Counted from the first letter of the stretch, positions 1 to 13,353 are shown. The stretch is 64,000 bases of DNA from Octopus sinensis (GCF_006345805.1 NC_042997.1:106640001-106704000), one strand, 5' to 3'. Notes: generated by a model not told the origin, from the letters alone. Numbers and translations: made by a program.

Positions 1-541
1 TTTTTTTATCTACGGAGAAGCAAGTAAATTTTGTTAAGTTTATATGTCTACTGTGTTTGTATGTATGTGTGTACATACATACATACATACATACATACAT
101 AAATACATACATACATGCACACACAGTGTGAGAGCTAGATATGCTCAGTACAGAAAACACAGGAGTGATCAAGTGAATTTGAAATGGAATTTGGACTCCG
201 AATTCTTCATCCAGGGCAAGTCCCTCAGTGTCAAGAGTGGCTATGAGAGAAATCCAAATCGAGATGATGTGGAGGTAGTGATGCAGATAAACACAATTAG
301 GCTTGATACACACGCGCACACACACACACACACTAATAACATACAGAATAAAATATGAAGAAAATATGTAACTTCTTAATCTGACAGCTGTTTCAGGAAG
401 CCCAGAATTATGTAATAATCTCAATAATCATAATATGGAGATGCAATGTGCAAACAGTAAGCAATCACAAAGATATTACAATAAGTACCCCGCCCCCCAA
501 AAAGATCAACAAATGTGTTTTTCTACATTGCTACTCCCCCA

Positions 542-583
<42 letters not shown>

Positions 584-620
584 TTACTATCTCTATCTCT
601 CCCCCCTCTCTCTCTATCTG

Positions 621-652
<32 letters not shown>

Positions 653-1207
653 CAGGGTGGCCACTGAAAGACTGAATGATATAAAACAAAGATAACTTTT
701 ACAAACACGTTTTTTTTATTTTTTCATTATTTTATTTGGGTGGAAACATTTTTAAAAACCAGTTTCAGAATCTTCTGAAGCGATGTTCTGGCGATGCCTA
801 GTTGAGCGGAGCGATGACGGGTAGAGGCTAATTGATCTTCAAGGGCACTCTACCGTACAGCTTCCACGGCTGTGTCAGTACGCACATTGCGCTTTGGACC
901 TCTTCCTGGAAGATTGCCGACTGATCCAGTTCTTTCAAACCGGGTGATTAGGTTCTGAATCATGTTATCGATAGGAGATACTCTAACAAAAAAATGTTGC
1001 CGGTATTTTCTGACTTTGAATAATTGATCTTTCACTGAAATAGAAAAAATTCAATGAATTTTACTCTTTGCTGGACATCATGCGTAGCCATTTTAATCTC
1101 CAAGGGATGCTCTATAACATGCAAACATTTTTAATAAAAAAAAGAAAAAGATCGGAAATGAACAAGTTAAGACCTTTTCAAACCCTTTAGTTTTTCAGTG
1201 ACCATTT

Positions 1208-1209
<2 letters not shown>
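653..1209 (-). mobile_element. Internally deleted Tc1/mariner element (DUF4817-type N-terminal HTH, rosa-like), inserted in (TA)n
   Basis: Imperfect TIRs cagggtggccactgaaagact and (revcomp) caaaatggtcactgaaaaact, TA on both sides. Minus-strand peptide RKYRQHFF..IQNLITRFERTGSVGNLPGRGPKRNVRT..STRHRSAQLGI. Catalytic domain absent. Confidence 0.75.
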
Positions 1210-1247
<38 letters not shown>

Positions 1248-1254
1248 GCAAAAT

Positions 1255-1390
1255 GGGACAAGAACGCAAAACATTCGGACAACTAGGTGATACAAAAGGG
1301 ACAACAAAACATCCATATAGACGATACAAAAGAACACGGACGGGTCATTCGAAGCCTTTTATCTTCAGTCAAGAGCCGGATCATCCTCGC
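1255..1390 (-). repeat. Interspersed repeat fragment, probably a Penelope-like element end; homologous to 10105-10260 and 43085-43230
   Basis: Shared text aaaatgggacaagaacgcaaaacat..gacgatac..ggacgggtcattcg..cttcagtcaaga in three places, each next to (TA)n. Confidence 0.5.
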
Positions 1391-1621
1391 ATATATATAC
1401 ATATAATTGTCCGGCGAATGGGAACGTGAAACTCTGAGTAGCAGTTTTTATGATGTCTTTGCTGCTTTATTAATTAACTATGTGTGTGTATGAGTGTATA
1501 GGTATAACAATGCATATATGTATTATACTCTGTGTGTGCGTGCGCACGCGTGTGTATTAATTAGCACTGGCATTCGACCTTAAAAATAGTTTTCTGGCAG
1601 TGATAGTAGTTTTTTTATATA

Positions 1622-2906
1622 CAGGATGCGATGGGTAAATTGTCGCTATTTTATATTTATAATTTCGCGCAAGTGCATTATTTGTTTTTGATTTTGTCGA
1701 CTACACAGTATAGTAGGGTAGTTGGGCACCGTCTGTGAGAAAAATAGCACAGTGACAAAATTCACTCTGCCAGAAATTTGGAAATGACATGCTGTACTGC
1801 TTGGCATTCGAGAATTAAGCTCCAATATGAACACTTCAGAAAGTTTGGGTGTCAATCTGTGGGCAGTGCAGATGATTCGGAAAGAGTTGGATGAGTCTAA
1901 TGGTGATGACGAAGGTATGGCAGCTCGGGAAACTCGCTCTGATTGCTCCGAATTTGTTGGTAAGATCCAGGCCATGATTGACAACGATCCCTCCAAGTCA
2001 ATCAGGTCCATCGCCGGGGACATGGGAATGCCTGAGTTCCTTATCAGGCAGGTAGTGCATGAAGACGTTTGGTATTCCTTATACAAGATGAGAAAGGACC
2101 AATTCTTATCTTAAGCCATCGAGGACAAGGGTAAAGACCGCGCTACGAAGCTTTTGAACAAACTCAAGCATCCCCTCCAACCGAACATGCTTTGGTTTTT
2201 CTCAGACGAGAAAAATTTCTGCTAGGATCAGATGGTGAACACAGAGAACAACCGTTGGCTTGCCGTGTCTCCAAAACATGTACTGAGAGTGGTAAAAATC
2301 AAACATCCAGTCAACATCATGGTGTTTGGAGTGATCACTAGTGATGGCGATGTTATGCCTCCATTCATCTTCCCACACGACCTCAGACTCAATACGGAGG
2401 CCTGCATCAAGTGCCTGGGAGAGGTAGTGCTGCTCTGAGTCAAGAAGGCAGCTGCTGGAAGACCCTATGTCTGGCATCTGGACCCTGCACTATGCCACAA
2501 AGCAGGAGAACCCAGTCATGACTGTCAGACAATTTCTGCGACCACATTACCCCTAACATCTGGCCACCTAGCTCCTCCAGACAGCAATCCCCTTGGTTAT
2601 TATGTGTGGGGCGCAGTTGAGCGAGACACCAACAAAACTCCTAGTAACATCAAAAATGAATTGAAGGCAAGGATTATGGTAGCATTCGCCAACTTATACA
2701 AGATGACCGTCCAGAAGAGTTGCAGCAGATTCCGAAGTCGTTTAGAGGCCGTGGTTAAAGCCAATGGCGATTTTATTGAATAAATTTACTCTTTAATATT
2801 TCAAGATATTTTTATGTAATTTTGGTAAATATATCTGTTAAAATGAGATGTCAGTGCTATTTTCAGTTTTGCGTAATTTAGACGACAATTTATTCACCGC
2901 ACCCTG
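1622..2906 (+). mobile_element. maT/DD37D-like Tc1/mariner element with decayed transposase (~1827-2780)
   Basis: TIRs caggatgcgatgggtaaattgtcg and (revcomp) cagggtgcggtgaataaattgtcg, TA flanks. Motifs FFSDEKNF, VMVFGVITSDG, VWHLDPALCH, WPPS..DSNPLGYYVWG, broken by stops and frameshifts. Confidence 0.9.
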
Positions 2907-3294
2907 TATATTGTAAATATTTACTGAATATTTTGCACCACATAGCTCTTTTAGCTTTTATTTAGCCTAGATCATCCCTGATTAAGCATATATATGATCA
3001 AAGCAGTTTATCCAGAGCACCGAAAACTATATCACCCAGTGCATCCTTTTTTTTTTCAAAATAATATGATATAATGATAAATATCAAAGTGAGTCTATGG
3101 CCAGCTGGAGGAGTGTGTCCTCCTGGGGCTAAAAACTACAGTAGCACCCACCCTTAGGGGTAGCCATATTGAAATGGCAAATATACGTCACAATATGATA
3201 TACTTTTAGAGAAATTTCATCACTATTTGTGACATATTTAATATCAACATAGAACCTCCTTCCTCAGTGGTTGATCTTAGTAAGCAAAAGAAAG

Positions 3295-3497
3295 GATGTA
3301 TGTTTGTGTGTGTATGTATGTATTATATATGTACGCATGTGTGTGTATGTATGTATATATGTATGAATGTAAGTAGGTATGTAGGTAAGTAGGTAGGTAG
3401 GTTGGTATGTAGATAGGTAGGTAGGTAAGTAGGTAGGTCGGTAGGTAGGTAGGTAGGTAGGTAGGTAGGTAGGTAGGTAGGTAGGTAAGTAGGTAGA
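3295..3497. repeat. (TATG)n / (GGTA)n microsatellite
   Basis: Direct reading. Confidence 0.95.
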
Positions 3498-4400
3498 TGG
3501 GTTTAGATTGAAACAGCTAATTCCAAATTAAAAACAGAAATATTTTCCTTCCCCATAAAAATTTGCTCTTTTTAATTTATACCCTAGTTTGAAATCCGCA
3601 ACTTAATATTATTGGTTCTTCATGTTTGATGATTACCTGAAGAGAAGAGGGAAATCTTGCTTAAACAACAACAAGAACCATAAACCAATAAACGCTAATT
3701 AAAATGTGCATACATTAAGTTGTGATTATGAAATTAGATACCAATCACCCTCCTTCTCCACATCATTATCCTCTTCATCATTTCATTAACATCATGATGA
3801 TGTTTTACGTCCGCTTTTCGTTTTAATTACTGGCATGTGTTAGAAATGCAATACCATTAAAGATTATTTTTACTTTAGAAAGTATTTTGGTACATACTAA
3901 CAGTAAACATTTGCTATCAGCTATATATCTCTGCAAGTATTTAACGTCTTCAACTTTTCATTCGTCCCTTCCTATTTCTTAAGCTTTATCACTAGCGTAG
4001 CTAATGGAGGCGATGGGGCCCTCCGTCCGAGCTACGCATTTGTCTGCTGCACAAGCTTGTATAGGGATCAAGGATTGGAACGGCAAATTCAAAGGCTGCC
4101 TCGAGCGACACACATTCTAACTACGCTGTTGTTTAATTATACTACATGTAAACATTTCTTTTCCCAGCTTTGTTTCGAAACCATGGGTTCCCAGGTTCAT
4201 TCCCACTGTGTGACACCTTGGCGTGTGTCTTGTCTTCTACCATAGCCTCAGTTTAACCAAGTGGAATTTGATAGCCAGAAACTGTACAAGAGCAAATCAG
4301 CGAAAACCAGAACGTACCGAATAATGTCCTTTGAACCAAGTTACCAATGTACTCTTGTTATTCTCGTTGACTGAAATGTAGCGAACTAGTATTGTTCTTT

Positions 4401-4801
4401 CTTTTACTCTTTTACTTGTTTCAGTCATTTGACTGTGGCCATGCTGGAGCACCGCGTTTAGTCGAGCAAATCGACCACAGGACTTATTCTTTGTAAGACT
4501 AGTACTTATTCTATCGGTCTCGTTTGCCGAACCGCTAAGTTACGGGGACGTAAACACACCAGCATCCGTTGTCAAGCGATGTTGGGGGGACAAACACAGA
4601 CACACAAACACACACATGTATATACATATACATATATACGACGGGCTTCTTTCAGTTTCCGTCTACCAAATCCACTCACAAGGCTTTGGTCGGCCCGAGG
4701 CTATAGTAGAAGACAATTGCCCAAGGTGCCACGCAGTGGGACTGAACTCGGAACCATGTGGTTCGTAAACAAGCTACTTACCACACAGCCACTCCTACGC
4801 C
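4401..4801 (-). mobile_element. tRNA-derived SINE family A, near full length, CpGs retained
   Basis: Revcomp head ggcgtaggagtggctgtgtggtaagtagc..ggttccgagttcagtccc (A/B-box-like), central microsatellite, 3' part gaccgatagaataagtac..cagtcaaatgactgaaacaagtaaaag; many copies in the window. Confidence 0.85.
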
Positions 4802-5240
4802 TATAACCAACAGCAAGCTTGTTTACTAATTCCAATATTAAATAAAAATCAAAATCAAGGTAACCAGTAAACTAAAATTCATAAAGGCTTTCTGAGTATT
4901 ATTTGTATCAAACAACATATTCATGTTACCAACATATAAATACCACGAACTTCTTGACATTCATTATTTTCTAACTGACAATCAACATGCTGTGACTTGA
5001 AACATGTCTAATTCCAAATTAAGAACAGAAATATTTACTTTCCCCATAAATATTTGCTCTTTTTAATTTATAAAGTGGTGAAATTCGCAGGTAAATAGAA
5101 TTGTGTTTTTACATTAATGTCGTTTTTAGTTTCATAGAACGTTTTCTAACCAATCACTTTCGTTTCACTTATTAACCGGAAGAGATCTCAATCTTTGTGG
5201 TTTCGGCATTGAAGCAACTCCAGACTCCCGAGATGATTGT

Positions 5241-5477
5241 CCGAGAAGTAAGTAGTAACAATACTACAGAGTAAAATCTATTTGCCAACGCAAAGTGGCA
5301 GTCCTGATTAGTATGATGTTACTACCTTTTTTAGCCCCAGTAGAACATATTTTCCAGCTGGCTACTGACGCACAACTTCATCCTTACACAAGGTAGTAAC
5401 ATCGTCCTAATCAGGACTGCAACTTTACGTTGGCAAATAGATTTTACTCTGTAGTACTGTTACTACTTCTCACTCGG
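5241..5477. repeat. Foldback: ~88-bp inverted arms with ~61-bp spacer; further inverted copy at 5662-5790
   Basis: 5241-5328 matches the reverse complement of 5390-5477 with few mismatches. Confidence 0.9.
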
Positions 5478-5804
5478 AGATTTAAAACTAATTGTTTTCC
5501 TCTTTACGAAGATCAGTGACTGTGTTACTTTAAAGGTATATACCTCAAACAAGGCCTAGTACTGCCATCTCTAGCCAACGGTTATCCTGTGCCGACGAAG
5601 GAAAATAAACCAGAAACCAAAGTCTGCAGGTACCGTTTAAGGCTGAGTGAGGACATTAGATCCCTTGTTCGAAGTATAAGGACGCAGTTGTGCGTCGGTA
5701 GCCAACTGAAAAAGATGTTTTCCTGGGGCTTAGAAAGGTAGTAACATCATCCTAATCAGGACTGCCACTTTACGTTGGCAAATAGATTTTCCTTTATTTA
5801 TATT

Positions 5805-5891
5805 TACATTTATATATATATATTATATATATATATAGGCAAATTGATTTTCATATATATATTATATATTCACATATATACATATATATAT

Positions 5892-5976
<85 letters not shown>

Positions 5977-6010
5977 GTATGATGTATGTATGTATGTATG
6001 TATGTATGTA
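5805..6010. repeat. (TA)n / (TATG)n microsatellite
   Basis: Direct reading. Confidence 0.95.
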
Positions 6011-6204
6011 CATGTGTGCATTATGACTCCTAGTGCTGCTCCAATCACAACTCGTATTGTCTTTGTCTTCAGATGCTGCATACTGCTTATTTCAATTTCT
6101 AGGCTTTTACATTCGGCAAATTTATGATATTTCTTGGCAGGTACATGCTTTTTTTTACAATTTTGTCTTATTCTTATTGTTGTTATTTATTTTTACTTTG
6201 CATG

Positions 6205-7750
6205 TTTGTTACAATCACTTGCCGAGACAGACCCAGTGTCCTAGGGTGAGTAAAGGATAAGAGATGGTACAGTTTGACTGAAAGCTTGAGGAAGGGAAAT
6301 GGCCGGAGGCATAGCGAAATAATATCTCATTTAATACATCACAAATATTTAAATTGATAGGATGTTTCTAAGGATGTGGGCAGTACTTGTCAGCAAAATC
6401 TTTTGGATTTCGATGAGACAAGGCTCTCCTGGTATATTATCTACATGTTTCTGACATCCCTTTTTTATCATGCCTAGAGCACCTAAAATATCAGGAATAG
6501 TTCTTGCTTTAAGATGCCAAACCTTTTGTATTTCAATTTCCAGGTCCTTATATTTACGGAATTTGTCAAATTCCTTTACAAGTATATTTTTATCAGTGGG
6601 AACATTTACATCTATTAGTCTACAAGTATTTTCTTCACGTCTTTAATAATTATGTCTGGTCAATTAGCCTGGATCTTTCTGTCAGTGTTGACTAGGGAAT
6701 CTCAGAGGATAGTGACATTTTTATTTTCAACGAGTGGCTCAGAATGATGTTCATACCAGGAGTGCTGATTTTTAGTATTTACATATTTTCCAATATAAAT
6801 ACTGTCCAACCATATCGTGACAATTTTTGTATTCGTTTGATGTCAACACAGGGCATCCCGAAACGAGATGGTCTATTGTTTCGTCAAATGTGTCGCAGAA
6901 TCTGCATTTAGGGTCAGAACCGTTTTGAAGAATGTCAGTTTGGTAGTTTTCTGGTAAGCCAGCTTTGATCTTGTACCGCCAATATGAAACCTTCAGTCTG
7001 CTTTCAGTCCTGAACCTCTTAGTTGTTGCTTGGTCTACATCAGCGTTTCTACTCCGAAGTATATACTGTCCGTGCAGGAGCTTCTAGCTCCACAGTTCCT
7101 CAATTTGTTTCTGCCCGTTCTTTTGCAGTCTGTTTGATCCATTTTGCGTGTTTGGTGGCAGTGGTTTCAGGTTCTTCAGCTATTTCGAGGTTAGTGCCAA
7201 GTTGCCTTGCGAATTTGCAAGCTTCCTTGGCAATGGAATGTGATTTTTTTTTTTTGCTGCTTTCGTTTTTGCACACAAGCCGCAGCATCCAGTCTTTTGT
7301 ACTAGATAAGTACCTGTTCATTGCTATTGTGGAGATCTTATAGCACAGTTCTACCTACATCATTCCTCTTCCCCCATTACTTCTAGGTAGGTACAGATGA
7401 TCAACGTCTGCTTTTGGGTGGTGCATGTTCATAGATGTTAGTAGTTTTCTTGTCTTCCTCTCCAGGCGTTAGAGCTCTGTAAGATTCCAGTTAATGATGT
7501 TAAAATTATATTGGACTATATTGGAAGTGTCAAGGTGTTAATGGCTTCGATGCGATTTTTGGAGTTGAGTTCAGTTTTTTAGTATAAGTCTTACTCTCCT
7601 GTAAAACTCCTTTCTTATTTTTTCCTTCATAGTAGCATGTTGTATACCATCTCCTTCATTTATTCCCAGGTACTTGTAATATTCTTGTGGGCCAAGCACC
7701 TTGATGGTAGAGTCGGTATCTAATTTAATGGAGCTGTTTGTTGTTGTTGC
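6205..7750 (-). mobile_element. 5'-truncated R4/Dong-clade non-LTR retrotransposon (end of RT, CCHC knuckle, restriction-like endonuclease), decayed
   Basis: Minus-strand peptides YKYLGINEGDGI..KEKIRKEFYRRVRLIL, MHHPKADVD.LYLPRS, GFILAVQDQS, CRFC..ETIDHLVSGC, PDIII..LIDVNVP..KYKDLEIEIQK, TSTAHILRNILSI* (stop ~6349). A second small REL piece at 6012-6090 reads HLKTKTIRVVIGAALG. Confidence 0.85.
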
Positions 7751-7751
7751 T

Positions 7752-7754
<3 letters not shown>

Positions 7755-7797
<43 letters not shown>

Positions 7798-7812
7798 TAT
7801 TATTATTATCAT
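7755..7812. repeat. (ATT)n microsatellite at the 5' junction of the Dong-like element
   Basis: Direct reading. Confidence 0.95.
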
Positions 7813-7825
7813 TTTAATTTTTATA

Positions 7826-8612
7826 GAGTGAGAGAGCAGTGCATGCCATCAAAGTGACACTAGGGTAAAATATACGAAGCCCAGTATACCCATCATGACT
7901 ACCCGTCTGATAAGGGTACACTAGGCACATGCATCACAACCATATGTGCGCGACATGGTGATCTCATATCAAGATAAATAGCATATGACCTTGCAGGTGG
8001 AGCCCAGTTAGAATTTTCTTCTGGTCGAGTAACCCATCCCGCTCAAAAGGTCCCTGAATAAGAGTTGTTTAAGGATGTTGAACGAAGCCCCATGTTTCCA
8101 GATTTATTCAAACCCCAAAGAATTCCTGTCAACACATGGCTATGATGCTCCCCCATTACTTCTGCTCGTGATCAGAGATGCACATATCGTTAGCGACTAA
8201 GGGACATGTTCAATTGGTTAAGGTCAAATAACTGACAAGCAAAATCTGTGGTGCTGAGCAGAATATTTGCTGTAGCCCATCTTTTATACCAAGACAAAAC
8301 AATGTACATGATAACACTTCCAATCAGTTAAGGTTTGTTCATGGATGAAGAAAACACCCATGTTTCCAGAGTTGAATTATTCAAACCCTAAAGAATCCCT
8401 CACAACCCATGGGTATGATGCTCTCTAACTACTCCTGCTTGTGACCAGAGATGCACATATCGTCAGCCACTAAGGTAACTCAACTAGTTAAGGTGACTCG
8501 ACTGATAAGCAAATCTGAGGTATTGAGCAGAATATCTGCTGTAGCCCATCGTTTACACCAAGACAAAACATGTACATAATAACACTTTTAATCGGTTAAG
8601 ATCAGAAGCCAC
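7826..8612. repeat. Interspersed repeat with an internal ~265-bp tandem duplication (8070-8330 / 8340-8610)
   Basis: Duplicated blocks ccatgtttccaga..ttattcaaacc..gatcagagatgcacatatcgt..gctgtagcccatc..agacaaaaca..gttaag. Confidence 0.7.
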
Positions 8613-8617
8613 TTTCA

Positions 8618-8972
8618 GGCGGCGAGCCGGCAGAATCGTTAGCACGCTGGGCGAAATGCTCAACGGTATTTCGTCTGCCGATACGTTCTGAGTTCAAATT
8701 CCGCCGAAGTCGACTTTGCCTTTCATCCTTTCAGGGTCGATAAATTAAGTACCAGTTACGCACTGGGTCGATGTAATTGACTTAATCCGTTTGTCTGTCC
8801 TTGTTTGTCCCTTCTGCGGGTAGTAAAGAAATAGGTAAGCTGGCAGAATCGTTAGCAAACCGAACGAAATGCTTAGCGGCATTTCGTCCGTCTTTATGCT
8901 TTTGAGTTCAAATTCCGCCGAGGTTGACTTTGCCTTTAATCCTTTCGCGGTCGATAAGATAAGTGCCTGTTG
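8618..8972 (+). mobile_element. SINE family B, two tandem copies
   Basis: ggcggcgagccggcagaatcgttagc..gttctgagttcaaattccgccgaagtcgactttgcctttcatcctttc repeated head-to-tail. Confidence 0.85.
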
Positions 8973-9009
8973 AAGTCTTTTGCCCTTGTGGCAAAATTTG
9001 AAACAATTA

Positions 9010-9051
<42 letters not shown>

Positions 9052-9880
9052 AATTTCAGAACCCCGGGAAAGGCGATAAGTATGAGTGTTACTGGAAACG
9101 GTCGTAAGCCGTATAATTTAGCAACAATGCTTCATCCTGTATTTTTGATTCAGTGGTAGAAAACCACTCAAAAATAATTGAAAATACTTGTAACCATCCG
9201 TATGTTTAGGTCCCCATAAAAGCAATTAACTGATGTATAAATCACATGACGAATGATTCAGGAAGTAACAAATACAGACTATGCGGTTTGGTGCACATAA
9301 ATACAGGTGAAAATTGAAACGGAGTATGTATGAGACGTAGATTGACTGCTTTGTTTACAAGCCAATACGTAAGTTTGTTTATAAGCAAACAGGGTGATTT
9401 GACAAGCAATCATACCGACTAGTTTATCGACAAGAGAAAACAGTTTCGCGACCCCACAACTACACAAATAAATAAGGTGAAGTTGAGGACGAACTACTAT
9501 GTAAACACATACTTCCAAATATATTTAACTTAGAGTGGTTTAATAGAAAAGAAGTAACTGAAGGCGATAATACAATATGACGTTTAAGATAAACAAGCAA
9601 TAAAAGGTGAAGGATTTTCAACTATTTTCCTTTTAATATCAGATAATGAAAAAATTATCAACCAATGAAAAAAATCAATTTCTGAAATATTCACGCACAT
9701 CCTGTTCTGGAACATAGTATATTTTCATTATTATACATGTATACAACGCGCGCGCAGACAGACAGACAGATAGACACACACACACACACACATTTATGCG
9801 CACAATTATTAATACATATATAAATAGTTTTGGTCCACTCGATTAAGACTCATGTATGTATATGAAAATGATTATCTTTT

Positions 9881-10040
9881 AGGCGTGGCTGTGTAGTTAG
9901 AAGCTTACTTCCCAAACATATGACCCCAGGTTCTGTACCACTGCGTGGCACTTTAGGCAAGTGTCGGCTAGTGTAGCCTCGGGCTGACCGAAGTCTTGTG
10001 AGCAGATTTGGCAGATGGAAACTGAAAGAAGCCCATCGTA
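9881..10040 (+). mobile_element. SINE family A 5' half
   Basis: aggcgtggctgtgtagttagaagc..ggaaactgaaagaagcccatcg. Confidence 0.8.
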
Positions 10041-10367
10041 TATATATACATATATATACTTACATATAAGAGACTAAAGTGTACGCCGCTGTATTTTATA
10101 TATAAAAAATGGGACAAGAATGCAAAACATCTAGACGGTTAGGTGATACTAAAAAGGTACAACAAAACATCTAGATAGACGATACGAAGAAAACAAGGAC
10201 GGGTCATTCGGAGTTTTCTATCCTCAGTCGAGTTCCAGATTATCTTTGCAATTTCGGATAGTTTTATGTGCTGGCTTGTTTACGTCCCCGTAACTTAGCG
10301 TAGCGGTTCGAGAAAAAGATACCGATATAATAAGTACCAGGTTATTAAAACAAATGTATTGGGGGTC

Positions 10368-11045
10368 CAGTGGCAGCTCGTAGATAAAATTAGTGGGAGT
10401 GCTGCTTCAGAAAATGTTTAGCCATTGTTTTAATATTGTGTAAAAGGGAACAAACATATAAAAAGAAAAGTTACACATAAATCGGTTGGCGTTTTAGCCA
10501 CTGCCGGGTAGTGTGTTTAATTCGTTCACTGAACACCGCCGCGAATACCCCTTTGTTTTTCAAAAATCCCCCTACATCACAAAATAAGGGGAGAAATCTG
10601 CCCTATTTTTCAAATCCTGGCAGCATCAATGTGGCTGGGAGCAGTATAATAATTTAATTCTACACTTTATCACATTCAAGAATATAAACACGTTTTTAGG
10701 TACAACACACACACAGTCAAAAAGAAACACCACCTTTCACCAGTACACCAGGGTCGGCACTGTGTGAACGACAGTGCTCTCTTTCCCTAGCGTAGAGCTT
10801 CCTGTCTCGGACATGTGAGCATGCGCACAACAACCAAACACCGTGTCGCTGGAACTGTGAATTTGTATTTTTTTCATAAACTAGGGGATGGCTACTGACA
10901 TTATGCTTAAGGATTATATAAAGTGCAAGTATAAAGAAAGATTTAAAGGAAAAGAAAGGACTCATTATATTGAATATTATCGATAATATCAAGTGGAAAT
11001 AAGGGGTGCTGCCGTTCCACAGTGCTTATACACGAACCGCCACTG
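10368..11045. mobile_element. Non-autonomous hAT-like DNA element inserted into the 3' half of a family A SINE
   Basis: Termini cagtggcagctcgt and (revcomp) cagtggcggttcgt. Degenerate 8-bp TSD tgggggtc (10360-67) / ctggagtc (11046-53). Removing the element rejoins the SINE 3' sequence. Confidence 0.75.
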
Positions 11046-11431
11046 CTGGAGTCGATTCATTCGACTACCAGTTCTTCAAGGAGGTGCTTCAGCAGTCTAA
11101 TGATTGAAACAGATAAAAGAATTACACACACATACACATACACATATACACACCAATATCTCGATTAATGAAATTAATATGTTCCACTTTTAATTCACTA
11201 GCAAAACTTCGATTTCAAAGGAAAGTAAAAAATAGTTTCTTTGCAGTTAAGTTTCGTTACCTCTACTACATTAGTGCTTCTCAAAGTTAAATTCCGGGAA
11301 CCCAAGTGTTCCGTAAAAAGGAAGGAAAATAAGGAATCTTTAATAAAGTATGCTTAAAAAATATTTCAGAAAAAACAAATGTTATTCACCATTTTCAAAA
11401 TAAAGCTATTAAAGTCTTTGTTTATTTGACT

Positions 11432-11435
<4 letters not shown>

Positions 11436-11522
<87 letters not shown>

Positions 11523-11538
11523 TCACTCACACACACAA
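11436..11538. repeat. (CT)n(CA)n microsatellite
   Basis: Direct reading. Confidence 0.95.
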
Positions 11539-12477
11539 CTTATGTTTCATATAATATCTTAAAACTAGGGTAGTAGTGGTTGTCCGTAAAATAGAGGTTT
11601 GGGCAATGTATGTCACGTGAGTCATAGGTGGGTGGGTATGCAATGTGTGTTTGATTGTTTCAGCTCTGTCGAGTAGATAAAACACAATGTCACACACACA
11701 CGCCGTCGCGCACGCACGCACACTCATATTTTAAACATTAGTTCTGCGCCATAATCTATTTCAGAACCGGTGCCCTAAACTTGTGTGCAGAAAAATTATT
11801 TTAACAAGGCAATGATATCGTGTAAGGACCATTCTAGCAATCTAATAACATGCAAAAATATAAAATTCAGGTATAAACTCGTTCAAATATGCTTGAGACA
11901 TTTTCGCACGCCTAAGAAAGCCATGCACTGCCTTTTGTCATGGTGAAAAACTCGCACTGTAGACAAAAAGGTTTAAACACACCAAGTCAGTCCAGAGCAC
12001 ATTCTGCTCAGATCAACGGATGCATGCATTCCGAAGTAGTTATTTCCTCTTCAGCGTCGAACAGTGGAGATGCTGATTTGGTGTGTTTATATCTTTTTGT
12101 CCACAGCGGCAATCTTTCTCCGGGACAAAATGCAGCGAATGACTTCCTTACAGGTTTGAAGTTGTTTCAACCATACTTGAACTAGTAACAAGTTTAAATT
12201 TGTATACGTCAGTGCTTAGCGCTTTAATCCGTATATTAAATTCACTTTAAATTTCTTTTTGATGGGCTGTCAAAATTTTCGTCGCACAACCGCGACCAAT
12301 AAACTGGCACAGTTTCACTTGTAACTGTATGGAAGTTCTTTAATAGTCATTTCTCGCGGGCTTCGAATTTTCTTTTCCATTATATTTTTTCTATTTTCTA
12401 TTTTTCTGTTTCCATCTTTAGTTGAGCTTAAGACATCTTTCATCTTTTACATCTTAATTGTTTTACCTTTTACTTGA

Positions 12478-12829
12478 AAAGCTTAGTCGAGCAAATCGAA
12501 CCCAATATTAATTTTTTAAAGCCTGGTGTTTATTTTAGCGTTTCTTTGGCCGAAAACGTAACTTACGGGAACGTAAACAAAAGAACACCGGTTGCCAACT
12601 AGTAGTGGAGACAAACACACACACGCATACACACATATATATACACACATGCACACATATACACACGACAGGCTTCTACAATTTCCATCAACCAAGTCCA
12701 TTCACAAAGCTTTGGTCGGCATAGGGATATAATAGAAGAAACTTGCTCAGCGTGCCACCCAGTGAGACTGAACCAAAGACCACGTAGTTGGGAAACAAGC
12801 TTCTTAACTACACAACCACGCCTGCACCT
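12478..12829 (-). mobile_element. SINE family A, diverged
   Basis: Collinear with 4401-4801. Confidence 0.8.
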
Positions 12830-13353
12830 TTAGCTTTAATATATATTTCGACAAAATACTACACACGTATTCTTTAGTTTATGCAACAAATAAAGATATT
12901 AAACAAAAGCAAATATAATTATGTTAGACTTAATTTTCTATAAAGAGAACAAAAGCATCGATAGTTAACTACTTTTTCTTCGCCCGGAACTTTAAGAGGT
13001 AGGGGTGGAAGTTGAACTTAATGTCTTCTACAAAGGTCTGGTGCAGGGGAAAAACTCGGCTGTATTGTGATAGTATTAATGCTTGCAAAGTCTACGATTA
13101 GACCAATACGCAACGGCAAAGATAAAAATAATTCCAAATAATTTCTAATCAGATGAAGAGTACGCTCAGTAAATAAATTATTCGATGCGGCGAATTAATA
13201 TGTACCGTGTTAGGACTTAACCAAGCACAAATACTTATATACATGCATACATATACATATGTGTGTATATGTATATGCATATGTATGTGTGTCTGTCTGT
13301 CTACACACACACAAACGTAATGCATCACTAAACGCGTTTCAACAGTGTAATTA

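Noticed and set aside
44-708. ORFs rich in HT/YI/SL dipeptides here and throughout the track
   Set aside because: Translations of (CA)n, (TA)n, (CT)n and (TATG)n microsatellites
1345-1385. CTGAAGA..CGAATGAC on the minus strand (also ~10205 and ~43165) as a hammerhead
   Set aside because: GAAA core reads GAAT, no consistent stem II, and differences between copies are not compensatory
11940-12185. 81-aa ORF and nearby splice-like signals
   Set aside because: No homology recognised; the implied intron would be only ~26 nt
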